Made by a program: the position numbers and the translations under genes
NCBI GenBank assembly: GCA_951406725.2
Contig: OX597830.1
Coordinates: forward strand, 2,046,001 to 2,110,000
Direction: 5' to 3'
DNA length: 64,000 bases
Source of the DNA: Octopus vulgaris
Taxonomy: Eukaryota
In this document: piece after piece, positions 1 to 13,084 of the stretch
Layout: every line of letters begins with the position of its first letter
Position numbering within the stretch: position 1 is the stretch's first letter
Notes under the pieces: model-generated
The model's database searches: none
What the model was told of the DNA's origin: nothing
What the model saw: the letters and a program-made list of their open reading frames with translations, nothing else

Positions 1-57
1 ATATATATATATATATATATATACTGTTGAGCCAATAAACAGTTTGGCTGCTTGTTT

Positions 58-99
<42 letters not shown>

Positions 100-1008
100 G
101 ATTTTTCTCGATTTTTTCAGTCTGTGGGGAAATGGCTAAAATTTGTCCTGCTTATAATTATACCATATGTTACGTATATATTATACCATACCTTGATGCT
201 GTGTGGACTAAGATCGTCGTTGACAGGCCGCTGGTATTTATGCAATGTTTAACATTTTCGCTATGCAAATTAGAGACTCCGTCATAGAGTGGCTACTGCA
301 TTTGCTGAATATATAAACAGTTTAGCTATTATATGTGTGTGTAAACCAAGAGTGGAGATAAGATTAATAAAAGTTTATTTATACGCTGGCAAGGCTTACA
401 ATTGTTTCAATTCATCGCCCCGTTGTGTTGCTGCTGTCCTAGGAGCCGAAATTTTGGTACAGTTCCTGTATCCTTCTGTGTTTGTGTGTTCGTCCACGGC
501 GTGGCCGTCATGGTTGTTGTTGTTATAGCCATCGTTTTCACCGCCGCTGCTGCTGTCGTTGTTAGTCGTGTTGTTTATACTGTTGTGGCCATCTGTAAAT
601 ATATTGTGTGTGTGTGTGTGTGTATGGATTTACTTATGTCGTTTGTATCCATGCCTTTTATAGAGATTTCTTATTTCAATTTTTCATCCATCTGTATTTC
701 TTATATTCATCACGGGTGACAAATTTATTTATTCACTTTTTAATTATTATTTACCACTCTCTGTGTCTCATATGTGTCACAGGTATGTGCATATATGCCT
801 ATTGTGTGCGTATTATCCTGTTTGTATCTGTTTTATTATTTTTTTCTCTCTTCTCCTGCCTTCTGTTTTTAGTCATGTGGTGGTTGTGGTGGTGGGGTTT
901 ATTGTTCCATTCGTGTTTTCCATTGAGGCTCGGTCTATCTACTCCTACGTGTGTAGCTTCTGTAAGCTTTCTAAGTGCCGTATCAGTTCTATGCATCAAT
1001 ATTCATAA

Positions 1009-1069
<61 letters not shown>

Positions 1070-1101
1070 TGTGATGGATTCCTTTCATTGATAGTCTAAA
1101 C

Positions 1102-1294
1102 CAGAGGCTTGCAGTCTTTTGACAGTGGTTGCTAACCCTTCTAATTAGATGACTTTTCCCACGGACTCCATTTAATATGCCCATCCTTATGTATATATAT
1201 ACACATATATGAAATTTTGAATTTAGTTTACGGACCGTCATTACTACCTTTGCGAATCAGGAAGGGTCCGCGGACCCCAGGTTGGGAATCACTG
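1102..1294. mobile_element. hAT (Charlie-like) MITE
   Basis: CAG...CTG termini; right end GGGTCCGCGGACCCCAGGTTGGGAATCACTG; 8-bp TSD gtctaaac (1094-1101) / ctctaaac (1295-1302); empty-site paralogue at 54581-54656. Confidence 0.7.
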
Positions 1295-1417
1295 CTCTAA
1301 ACCAATAGGTAAGCAGCGTAAATGCTATAATTGGTCGTCTGTTAGGTTTCATGGTCAAAGGCGAGGCTGGGACTTAGGGATCCGTAGCTGACTTCCATGT
1401 CAGCTGGTATATATTAA

Positions 1418-1610
1418 AGGAAGGGGAAAATAAAATTAAGGTAGGCCGAGTATCTCAGGTCATTTAGAATATTTAATTAGAGTAAGATGAATCCAAAATT
1501 GAGAAGCAGAACTAATTACATCTATTTCTCTTTTCATTCACCTCACACTAATTAAATATTCTAAATGACAGGAGATACTCGGCCTACCTTAATTTTGTTT
1601 TCCTCTTCCT
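1418..1610. mobile_element. Kolobok/T2-like MITE (fold-back, ~75-bp TIRs)
   Basis: TTAA|AGGAAGGGGAAAATAAAATTAAGGTAGGCCGAGTATCTC... matches the reverse complement of ...GAGATACTCGGCCTACCTTAATTTTGTTTTCCTCTTCCT|TTCA. Confidence 0.65.
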
Positions 1611-1615
1611 TTCAA

Positions 1616-1716
<101 letters not shown>

Positions 1717-1764
1717 TATATATATATATATATATAATATATTATATATATATATATATATATA

Positions 1765-1929
1765 GGCGTAGGAGTGGCTGTGTGGTAAGTAGCTTGCTAA
1801 CCAACCACATGGTTCCGGGTTCAGTCCCACTGAGTGACATCTTGGGCAAGTGTCTTCTACTATAATCCCGGGACGACCAATTCCTTGTGAGTGGATTTGG
1901 TAGACGAAAACTGAAAGAAGCCTGTCGTA

Positions 1930-1997
<68 letters not shown>

Positions 1998-2189
1998 TGT
2001 GTCTGTGTTTGTCCCCCTAGCATTGCTTGACAACTGATGCTGGTGTGTTTACGTCACCGTCACTTAGCCGTTCGGCAAAAGAGACCGATGGAATAAGTGC
2101 TGGGCTTACAAAGAATAAGTCCCGGGGTCAATTTCCTCGACTAAAGGCGGTGCTCCAGCATGGCCGCAGTCAAATGACTGAAACAAGTA
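1765..2189 (+). mobile_element. tRNA-derived SINE family A with internal (AT)n(GT)n
   Basis: A-box-like TGGCTGTGTGG, B-box-like GGTTCAGTCC, tail GGCGGTGCTCCAGCATGGCCGCAGTC; several copies in the window. Confidence 0.9.
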
Positions 2190-2236
2190 TATGGCCGCGG
2201 CCTTCGGGCTAAAACATTTTTAAGGATTTAAGGATT

Positions 2237-2238
<2 letters not shown>
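2190..2238 (+). mobile_element. Isolated retroelement 3' tail (CR1-type) ending in TTTAAGGA repeats
   Basis: ATGGCCGCGGCCTTCGGGCTAAAAC plus tandem tail; same sequence on minus strand at 36133-36185. Confidence 0.55.
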
Positions 2239-2292
<54 letters not shown>

Positions 2293-2490
2293 ATATATAC
2301 ATATATAATATATAATATATATATATATATAATATATATAATATATAATATATATATATATGTAATATAACATATATATATATATATATAATATATGTAT
2401 ATAATATATAATATATAATATATATATTTATAATATATAATATAATAATATATATATAATATATAGTATATGATATATATATATTTAATA

Positions 2491-2710
2491 TACTCTTTTA
2501 CTCTTTTACTCTGTTATTGGTTTCATTTATTTGACTGCGGCCATGCTGGAGCACCGCCTTTTAGTCGAGCAAATCGACCCCAGGACTTATTCTTTGTAAG
2601 CCTAGTACTTATTCTATCGGTCTCTTTTGCCGAACCGCTAAGTAACGGTGACGTAAACACACCAGCATTGGTTGTCAAGCGATATTGGGGGGACAAACAC
2701 GGACACACAA

Positions 2711-2772
<62 letters not shown>

Positions 2773-2933
2773 GACAGGCTTCTTTCAGTTTCCGTTTACA
2801 AATCCACTCACAAGACTTTGGTCGGCCCGAGGCTATACTAGAAGACATTTGCCCAAGGTGCCACGCAGAGGGACTGAACCAGGAACCGTGTGATTAGTAA
2901 GCAAGCTACTTACCACACAGCCACTCCTGCACC
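2491..2933 (-). mobile_element. SINE family A, full length
   Basis: Reverse complement of 1765-2189 with (AAAAGAGT)n tail. Confidence 0.9.
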
Positions 2934-3356
2934 TGTAGGATAAAATGTTTTCTAAAAAAATTTTATCAATGGCCATCATTATTAAAAAATACCTTTAAAG
3001 TTTAAATTTATAAACAACTTATAAATGAGGGCAAACGAAAAAAATGTCTAATGCCAAATATGCCGAAATTAGACGCATTGTCCATTACCATTATAATTTT
3101 TCACAATACGCACGCTATTCCAAAAAGGGTCGACAGAAATTTCTAAAAAATTCCATTATTACCATATCGGACCGATTTCAGCGTTAGTTGGTCAGTTGTA
3201 ATATATAATATATAATAAATAATATATAATATATATATATATATATATTTATAATAAGATTAGCTCGTATACGAGTGAGTATATATTTGTAAAAAATGAA
3301 GTTCGAAAATGCTGCTATATTAGACAAATTTTTAATTTTTATATATACATTATTTA

Positions 3357-3399
3357 TTTAACATGTTTCGGTTCTTGAAATGATGAACCTTATCAAAAA
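3357..3399 (-). ncRNA. Minimal type I hammerhead ribozyme-like motif (U3-A8 variant)
   Basis: Minus strand: ttt-TTGATAA-GGTTC-atcatttcaa-GAACC-GAA-ACATGT-T-aaa. Confidence 0.6.
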
Positions 3400-3730
3400 A
3401 AAGTTATATATAAAAAAGATAGTTCATGCTATCAAATATAAAAAATTCATTTATAATATACAATAGAGTCAGACATCAAAAGTTCATATATAGTAAAGTG
3501 AGTTCATGCTATATGTTCAAAGAGTATGATGCAGTGGTTCATAGTGGTGATATGCATTCAATATAAAAAATAGTTCAAAGTGGTGATATGCAGTCAATAT
3601 AAAAAATTGATGTTCGTGAAAGAGCGAGGAATTCATTTTAGATTTTACCTTGAGCAACTGTGATGACTTTTGGTCGGTGTCCGCTGGATAGTTCTGGCGA
3701 ACCTTGTGAATTGTTTGGGTTTTATATCAC

Positions 3731-4023
3731 CTGTTAGGTGGCCAGTCCAGCGGAACGTGACGTCATCAACGTTTTGACCAATCGTTTCGTTAGGTGGCTA
3801 GTCAAGCAGAACGGGATGTCATCAATATTCTGACCAATCCCGACCTATAGCTGTATTAGATCTGCCCCTTGTCTGTATCCTGTTAGGTGGCTAGTCAAGC
3901 AGAACGGGACGTCATCAATATTCTGACCAATCCCGACCTATAGCTGTATTAGATCTGCCCCTTGTCTGTATCCTGTTAGGTGGCCAGTCCAGCGTAACGG
4001 GACGTCATCACTGTTTTGACCAA
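3731..4023. repeat. Minisatellite, four units (56, 93, 93 bp and a partial) with GACGTCA and CCAAT motifs
   Basis: GTTAGGTGG unit starts at 3733, 3789, 3882 and 3975. Confidence 0.85.
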
Positions 4024-4235
4024 ACATACACGACTGAAAATATTGCAAACCAAGCTTTCCCCCATTCATTACACTAGCAGTGCGCTTTCAAGCAGCATGC
4101 TTAAATTCTTCATGAAGAATACTTGCTCTTTCAAAAGTGTCGATCCACTCCTTGACCTGCTTCCTCCATCTGTGGCGATGACAGGCAGTGCTCTCCCAGT
4201 CGGTCTCCTGCATATCACAAGCCTTTAATGAGGGA
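4020..4235 (-). mobile_element. RTE-clade LINE ORF C-terminal fragment
   Basis: Translates SLKACDMQETDWESTACHRHRWRKQVKEWIDTFERASILHEEFK, the WE..A..R..WR motif of RTE ORFs. Confidence 0.65.
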
Positions 4236-4651
4236 GGCTGTAAATACTATTGGAACTCACAGGCAAGGTACAGGAAACTTATATCTATACCATTCTGTTT
4301 AAATAATGGAACTGCAGATACAATATCCCTGCATATCTCACGTCTGTTTTCATTCTTCCACTTCCTCGCACCGTTTCCGATGAAAGGATATTTAAAATAT
4401 CCCGGAAATTGCTGTAAGACCTTCTCTTTATAAATGTTCTGTAATCTTTCATAGCCTAGGATTTTTATTTCATTCTGTAAATTTTTCTTATATATACGCA
4501 CGCTAATATATGACCTACGTTGGAATCCTCATTCGCATAATCACCGAACCTGGAGCTTAACTATAGTCTGTTGTTCATAGCACTTACTCAGTATTACCTG
4601 ACACCTTTGGGTCCTCTTGACACCATTACCTCTCATACCTATATACACATA

Positions 4652-4882
4652 TATTTCTTTATTACCCACAAGGGGCTAAACATATAGGGGACAAACAAGG
4701 ACTGACAAAGGTATTAAGTCGATAACATCGACCCCCAGTACGTAACTGGTACTCAATTTATCGACCCCGAAAGGATGAAAGGCAAAGACGACCTCGGCGG
4801 AATTGGACCTCAAAACGTAACAGCAGACAAAATACCGCAAAGCATCTCGCCCGACGTGCTAACGTTTCTGCCAGCTCTCCGC

Positions 4883-4885
<3 letters not shown>
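4652..4885 (-). mobile_element. tRNA-derived SINE family B
   Basis: Reverse complement of the copy at 57527-57761; central GCCTTTCATCCTTTCGGGGTCGATAAATTGAGTACCAG. Confidence 0.85.
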
Positions 4886-4917
<32 letters not shown>

Positions 4918-6353
4918 CACATACATAAATAGATACATAAATAGATACATACATGTCTGTCTGTCTGTCTCTATGCATGTATTATGTATACTTGTATTCT
5001 TACATAATGCATAAGCTACAATTTTCCATGCCCCATCGAACCAGTAGATTTTGAGAATGTACAAGAACACCTGACAATTCAACACTTTCTCAATGTAGTT
5101 GTATCCAAAGCAGTTTACATTTAGTTGTTTGTATGTTATGTAGTTTTCCAAGCACTTTAGAACGAAATAGAGACCCTTGAGGATTGTTAAGTTGAAACAT
5201 CAAATTTCTTAGAAAAGCAATTCTACAAAATATATGTTTATAAAATATATCATATTTCAATGAAATTAACCACATTCTATATATGTAATATAAATCTCTA
5301 GCAGTAACAGTGAATATATTCAATTCATTTCATATGATGTATGAAGTTACTTTCGCCTGTAATACAAGTAAACGTACCAAGAGCGATAAACCTTTAAGAA
5401 AACAAAATTAAATGTTTCCTCTAGTATAAATTTTACGAAGATAAGTTTAGCTCTGAATTGTGGTTGATTTTATTACTCCGATTATAAGTAATAACTTAAA
5501 GGAATTTAATAAGAAACTTGAAAAAAATATATTCTGACTATATTTCTGATTCGATAAAAAGAAATTTTGTTTAGGCTTAAATATTTTATGGTTCATGATG
5601 TTAGTTTCAATGGCAACTAGTTTGGTTAAATATACCGTTTGCGTGAGAATTTAATGCTAAACTGCTTAGTGTAACGAATGTAGGAAAACAAACAAATAAC
5701 ATTTTAGTAAAAAGGACATACTAGGAAATATATTTAGTAGTTTTTGAAAGTATATATGTATAGAAATATAACATTAAAGGTTTTTATTCTAAAGAAATAG
5801 AAACAAGTTAGAAATCAATGACGTACTTAGAAATCTACCTCTTAATTTTCGTGGAATGAAGCATTTTGAACAAATTATCAAGTGAAAACCTGGATAATAT
5901 GAAAAATAACCACATATTATGCAGGAAGATTTCAAATCAATAATATTTATATGTGTGTAAAATGCTAACTGTTGCAAAAAGCAATTTATAATATTTAAAA
6001 CAGTTTTATTATTGTTAAATGAAATTAAAATGAAGTGTGTGTTTAGTTTGGAATATTAATATTGCAGTAAGATTCTGAAAAATTTCCATTGGTGTAAAAA
6101 AGAAACACTTGTATAGGTGACCAATTCATCTACAGAAAATCTATTTATTGATAGACGTGTGAAAGTTGGTGAGGAGATTTTTAAGGATATTGGTTTTGGA
6201 AAACAGCTAATAAATTATGTTAAGGGAAAACATTGAAAGTAAAAAGTCAGTAAAAAAGTAAAAGATAACAGTAAATAACCTGATTGGGTAAAGTTAGAAA
6301 AGAATTTAATGTTCTGGCAAATAAGTTTCGTAGATATATTGAGCTGTATAAAA

Positions 6354-6587
6354 AAGAAGAAGAAGAAGAAGAAGAAGAAGAAGAAGAAGAAGAAGAAGAA
6401 GAAGAAGAAGAAGAAGGAAGGAGGAGGAGGAGAAGAAGAAGAAGGAGGAGGAGGAGGAGGAGGAGGAGAAGAAGAAGAAGAAGAAGAAGAAGAAGAAGAA
6501 GGAGGAGGAGAAGAAGAAGAAGAAGAAGGAGAAGAAGAAGAAGAAGAAGAAGAAGAAGAAGAAGAAGAAGAAGAAGAAGAAGAAGAA
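6354..6587. repeat. (GAA)n/(GGA)n microsatellite
   Basis: Direct reading. Confidence 0.95.
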
Positions 6588-6849
6588 TCTCACTGATCTT
6601 CAAATACCATTCTTTAGAAACGGGGCTTTGGAAAAGGACGTATGAAAGTATGTATGCGTGTGTGAATACATGTATGCATCTATGTGTACGTATACCTATT
6701 TATATATGCATGTGTATGTATGTATGTATATATATATACATACATACACACATAAGTTTGTGTGTGTTAACCGTTGGTTATTGACTTCATACGTATAGCT
6801 GCACACATCTAAGGTAAATGTTCAGTTAAATCTTATCCCTTGGCGAATG

Positions 6850-7560
6850 ATGAATTATTTTGTGCCCACAAATATACTAACATCCACGAAATTTTCTCTT
6901 GGTGAAAGCAGACCATGAGGGCTGAAACTTTGAAGGGAGAAAAGTGCCTGAATCATTCTCACACAAGGGAGGATAGAGAGTCCGAACCCGTGGTCCATGT
7001 AGTTTGTAGGATAAATTCGTTGAATTTTAGTTCGGCAGTCTGGGTATTCAAAAGGTTGGAAACTCTTCATGAAAAATCCTCATGTGATGACGAATCTTGG
7101 GTAATACCTCTGAGTGAAAGCATTGGCTGTTTCAATATATGAAATATTTTGGTCAAAAATTACTTGCTGCTTCGTAATCCCATTGAAATTTGGAATCGAT
7201 TCATCATTGATACTCCATATCACTACAGAACATTAAGCTCGTCTGTGCACATCATTCCAGATAAATTAAGATAGTCAAGTGGAAGTGTTGTGCCAGTGAC
7301 CACCGTTGAAACAGTTCGGAGAGAGTTCCACATAAAGAATTTGAATGCTGTTGAGATGCCAGGAATCATTTGGGACATATAGAATCAATGGAGTAGGTAG
7401 GTAGATGGATTACAACGGATACAAGTTTGTTCTGTAAATGGAGAATATAAATATATGTTAACGCTTGTAGGAAACGATACTGTCCGGGTAAGAAATATTA
7501 ACCTTGTTGTTGTGTGCATTGACCATTCCACTAAACTTATGTTCCAGTGGAAAGTCACTT
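6850..7560 (-). pseudogene. Possible highly decayed LINE apurinic-endonuclease region
   Basis: Stop-ridden frame SIYLPTPLILYVPND...SINDESIPNF...FDQNIS loosely resembles APE motifs; weak. Confidence 0.25.
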
Positions 7561-8429
7561 TGCTAGAAATAAAAAACACATATACACATTGTGACAACCA
7601 AGTTACCTGACGGGTTATATCGGATGAATTTCTTCATTCTAGATCTTCCTTGATATCACACCAACATATACTCGCAGTTTATAAACTTACTGTTTATACC
7701 ATCAGCTCCTCAAATCCTTAGGATATTTCAAGTATTCAAACGCATAATTCACACCACCCGCATACATGTATGTATATACGCACGCACGGAACCTGCTCTA
7801 TTTTGGAATAATATTCATCCATGTAGGTACATACAGAATCTTTTCTATTGTGAACGTTCTACACATTCCCACATAATGCATTCTCATTGCCATTTGGCAT
7901 ACGCCATCCATTAGAAGTATTTGTTCTCTCGTTGAATCTTCTCTTATAGGAAATATAGAAAACATCTTTTCTACTAACAAAGGTAAAAAATCAGATTTGT
8001 CAAACCAAAGTCTCTTTCACGGTTTAATAAGTAAATATTTAATCTGATCTCACACAGAACACAAACACACACACACATACGTACATACATATATACATGC
8101 ATACATATACACACATGCAAACACATACCTCCACACACAGTGACACACACGCACTCAATCACAAGCATTACAAAGCCTCTTCAACTCACATCCTACTACT
8201 GCCTCACCCAACTGCTGCTGGCCCGTTAGTTCCACACAAACACATACAAAGACATATATACGTTCTAAACACACAAGTATTTCCCATTCACGCACACAAT
8301 TTCACACACACAAGCACAGAGGGGCAATATGCTATCTCCAGCCATCAAAATCCATGCATTCTATCTCTCACCAACTTGCGGTCAGTTACTTTTTGACCAC
8401 GTAACGACACACGTGATTTTCACTGGCTC

Positions 8430-8600
8430 ATCTGCTCCTTCCTCTTTTTTCCTCTCTGGACGTTTCCCTCTATCCAACGAAAAGGTCTATTCGAAACGTC
8501 ATACTGTTGCTCCTAATATTTTAATATGTCGATCTCATATATCGGCTGCGTGCGTCCAGTTGACTTTTGTTGTTTTTCTCACTTTTCCTTCAATTTACTA
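8430..8600 (+). mobile_element. PLE-type terminal repeat with decayed HHR motif
   Basis: tat-CCAACGA-AAAGGTCTATTC-GAAACGT-C-ata; resembles 17350-17525; abuts a microsatellite. Confidence 0.45.
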
Positions 8601-8604
8601 TTAT

Positions 8605-8990
<386 letters not shown>

Positions 8991-9064
8991 TAATATTAGA
9001 TTGATAATATTCGTCAACCCCAAAGGATCAACAGACTGTAATAAATAACTGAACTTATTCAGTA

Positions 9065-9065
<1 letters not shown>

Positions 9066-9136
<71 letters not shown>

Positions 9137-9153
9137 CAATAACAACAATAATA
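9066..9153. repeat. (AAT)n microsatellite
   Basis: Direct reading. Confidence 0.95.
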
Positions 9154-9771
9154 ACCCGATTATTATGATTAAACATTTTCCCCGCTATATATGTGTGCAT
9201 ATATGTATACTGTTATATATAAACACATAAAACACACACACACACACACACATATATATAGACACACACTCACACATGCACACACATACGCATACATTGT
9301 ACGTTTAGATCTAATCGTAATTAAGTGGTCATAAGTGAGACATTTTCCTTTTTGAATGTAAACAGTTTTCTATTTATACATACCTTATTTATTTGTAAAT
9401 TTGTACAAAATATTTTTCTATATACTCATTGGTATTGTTGTTGTTGTATTGCTTTTTTTTTAGTATTTTATATCTATTTTTCTATTGTATAATAATATAA
9501 TTTGAAAATAAAAATTAATCAAATTATATTTAGTAAACTTATATTTGGAAACAGTTCAGACGTTTGAATCAATAAAACTCCGTTCACACGTTTTCTTTCT
9601 TTTGTTATCTCTCATTGTTCGGCAATAATTTCTTTTTTATCATTATTCTCCTAGTTTCCTTTATTTACTTAGTCATTCATATATATATATACACAAACAC
9701 ACATATATATACGCGTGTGTGTATATGTACATTTATATATAAGTATATTATATATTTATATATATTTATGT

Positions 9772-9821
<50 letters not shown>

Positions 9822-10687
9822 TTATAAATATATACATAATTATATATATATACACACGTACATAATTATATAATAAAACACAAGATGTGTGTCTGTGTGT
9901 TGGTCATGTCGTTAAAACTGGAGATCCACAGAAACCGATTTTAATGAAATATTACACATGCATTACATAAGGTCCATGGAGTGTCATGGGCCAGATAATT
10001 TAAAACTTCTAGTCTAATGCCGGCCCAGTGGTAGATAAATCTCATTTTAAAAGCATTTTCGCATCGTTAAGGCGTGTAACTTGAAGAGTATCCAGTCGCG
10101 TTCCTCAAATTTGCAACAAATATTAATCACGCTCCTCGAATTACTGTTGACTAAAAAAAATCTCCAACGCCGACTATGGGTCCCGCAAAAATGATTTGAG
10201 TACACTGCACTGGGTTTGTCTTTCTGACAATAAAATATTGACACTACATACGCATTATAAGTAGCGTATAATATTTCATGAAAACGTTTTTGTCCCATTT
10301 AATAGAGGAAATGAGAACATTAAAATTGTTGTCGGCGACATGTTGATGCTTCGTCTTAGCATCCTGCGCACCACTGGGCCATGTGCGTAAGTATGCGGCT
10401 GGATAAAAGCCCAACAAACCCATTCATCCATTCTCCAGAAGTTCCATGTTGATGGTTCCTGTTTCCAATCCTACGCAACGCAGAATGGCCCGGCAGCATG
10501 TTTGCTTTCTATGTCATCCATGTCTGAACTATATAATGCAAAATGTTCGTACAAAAAGAAAAAAAAAACTGCTGTTGTGACTCACAGCCATTTGAGGTTG
10601 ACCACGTGACCACTTCCGGAAGCTACGCTCACCTCCTGCAATTAGTCCACTCCTGTTCCCTCCTCCGTTTAGTCGGACGAGTAAATA

Positions 10688-11143
10688 CTGGGGTCCCAGA
10701 ATTAATGATGTTGAGTGAAATCGGAAGCATTTTTTAAAAAACTTTTATTTATGTCTAATATGTGCAAAATGTGTATAAATTTTGAATTTTGCTTATGATT
10801 TTATTTTCATTCCTGTTAGACTCCTCTTATTTATCCATGAGAGCTTCTTTTTTTCAATTTGGCAGCAATCTCTTTCTTTACCTCCATCCTCAAGATGGAG
10901 CATTCGTTTAGCTAAGCTTAAAGAACACATTCAGTTAGCATTTCTGGAGCTAACTCCTGAAATGCTTCACAACGCTAAGAAGAGATTTGTAGTAAGCAGG
11001 AATACAGACATGTTGAAAATTTTCAATGAAAGTTTGACGTAAGATTTATAAACTTATTTGTTTTGGTGATAAACATAACATTCTGCCAGTTTTTTTTAAA
11101 AGTCGCTGAATTTCATAGAAACAGTTAATTCTGGAACATTCTG
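10688..11143 (+). mobile_element. Tc1/mariner non-autonomous deletion derivative
   Basis: TA|CTGGGGTCCCAGAATTAA ... TTAATTCTGGAACATTCTG|TA imperfect TIRs; internal LAKLKEHIQLAFLELTPEMLHNA resembles a transposase C-terminus. Confidence 0.6.
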
Positions 11144-11566
11144 TATGGTGTAGCGTTGTTAGTGGTTGAGTTGCTCGAGTAAATATTAAGATCAAAGGTC
11201 TTCTCGCCGTAAACCTCCCATCTTTTTGTTAAGCATATCGGATCAAGGAGTATATTGTTCAAAATATATCTCCTTTTTTAATAGGTGTGGCTGTGTGGTT
11301 GAGAAGCTTGCCTTCCAGCTATATTGCCTTCGGTTCATTCCCATACTGCGGCACGATTTCATTACAGCTCCGTCCCGACCAAAGCCTTGTGTATTATATA
11401 CTTGCCATTACTGTGTTGATAAACAAAATAACACATACAACTCGCTTATTATTATCATAAACAAACAGAAGTTCGTGTATGGAATTGTTCTTTTTTCTAC
11501 TTCAATTATTACATGTTCTTTTCTTATAAAATACACACATACAGGCCTTCATATATATATATAAAT

Positions 11567-11838
11567 ACAATTGCAGCGTGGAAGGTGTTTGTAAGCCATT
11601 TAAGAAACACAAAAGCCGTTCGATTCACTCCAACATTTAAGTTTAATTTGTGAAAATATTTTCGTCGCTGACAAAAATCCGTGCTGCATCTGATGCAGCA
11701 CGGATTTTTGTCAGTGAACAGGTCGCGGATTTTAGCGACGAACATATTTTGACAAATTAAACTTAAATGTTGGAGTGAATCGAACGGCTTTTGTGTGTTT
11801 CTTAAATGGCTTACAAACACCTTCCACGCTGCAATTGT
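11567..11838. repeat. Long palindrome (PLE-type inverted ends) containing an HHR motif
   Basis: Outer arms 11567-11669 and 11734-11838; perfect 23-bp inner arms centred on 11691. Confidence 0.85.
11707..11756 (+). ncRNA. Minimal HHR-like motif (G3-C8 variant)
   Basis: tttgtca-GTGAACA-G-GTCGC-ggatttta-GCGAC-GAA(C)ATATT-T-tgacaaa; the opposite arm keeps GAAAATATT. Confidence 0.55.
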
Positions 11839-11911
11839 TTTCGTTCCAGCACACGATCTCAGATCAAATCACTTGCTATGCGAGTACATCTCCGTAATAT
11901 ATATATATATA

Positions 11912-13084
11912 TCTTATTATAAAAGGCAGATTTTATCTGCCTCCCTTTGTCAGTTATAGAAATCTACAATATAGGATTTCTTCAATTACAATTTACCTAG
12001 CATTTTTAAGAGTAGAATGCATCGGGTTTTGCCAGGTCCAGTTTTTAAAATTTAAACTCCAATTAAGCAAAATTTACAGAAAACTCACATTCTGGTGTGT
12101 ATGTCAAATGCTTTTCTTAGTCTGGTTTACAGCACACGCAAACGCACACACACAGTGTGCAACGAATAAAGTGAAACTAGATGTAATATTTGTTTCTGTC
12201 TATCACGCTGATAGATACACGAGTAAAATGTATGGCAAGCTAACAGATAAGAGTGAGTAAAAATGTTCTTGGAAGAGAGTAAATAGCGACAGAATGATTT
12301 GAGGAAGACTAAACTGAAAGTATGAAACAGTGTTTATGTATAAACAGACGACACGTATATAAACCCTTTCGTTACCAAACCGCCCGAATTTACCTATTCA
12401 TATTTAAATGAGAATATCAGAGTAAATCTCTTTAGTACATTCGTGAAAACACGTATTATACTTCGTAAACACTTCAAATACAGTTTTGTACAAAAATCGA
12501 AGTGTAATTTTAATTCCGTGAATTATGGGAGATTTTTTTCCGAAATTTGTTCCTATTGTGTTTTCAAAATTTGTAATTCTGACAAAAAATGGATACGAAT
12601 TTCATTATATCAAGCAGCGAGTCAGAATTCGAAGGATTTTCTACTGAAGACCTTCATAAATCTAACTCTATGACTGAAAAAAAAAAGCATCTTTATATAA
12701 GAGTGAAGTTGTGTGTCTGTCTCCTACGATTTAGATTCGTAACTACTCCCACATTTTGCGGTGCAGTTTAACCAAAAGCGGGTATCTTATAGTCGTGATT
12801 CATATCGAGTCCTTCTGGGTATTAGCGCGCGTCTACGATGAGTCTACGATTTTAAAAAAATTTACCATCATATTTTTCCATTTTAATGCATTTTTTTCGC
12901 TTTTATATAAGGGAAGTAACTCTCTAAAAATATCTACGATGTGTCAACGATTTAAAAAGAAAATTTACCTTAATTTTTTTTCAATTTTTAATGCATTTTT
13001 TGCTATTTTTTGGCTATAACTCTCTAAAAATGCTTATATAGTTATTTCCCTTACAAACCCGAGCAACGCCGGGCGATACTGCTA

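Noticed and set aside
2168-2186. SINE tail AGTCAAATGACTGAAAC resembles the HHR stem II at 50031
   Set aside because: No HHR core upstream; better explained as the LINE-recognition hairpin
3731-4023. Repeat-spacer-like pattern suggesting CRISPR
   Set aside because: The apparent spacers are identical, the context is eukaryotic and there are no cas genes; it is a minisatellite
4247-4501. 84-aa ORF as a host exon
   Set aside because: No recognisable domain; adjacent to LINE debris
9860-10690. Additional Helitron-like element
   Set aside because: The 5' resemblance is weak and no hairpin-CTAG end was found
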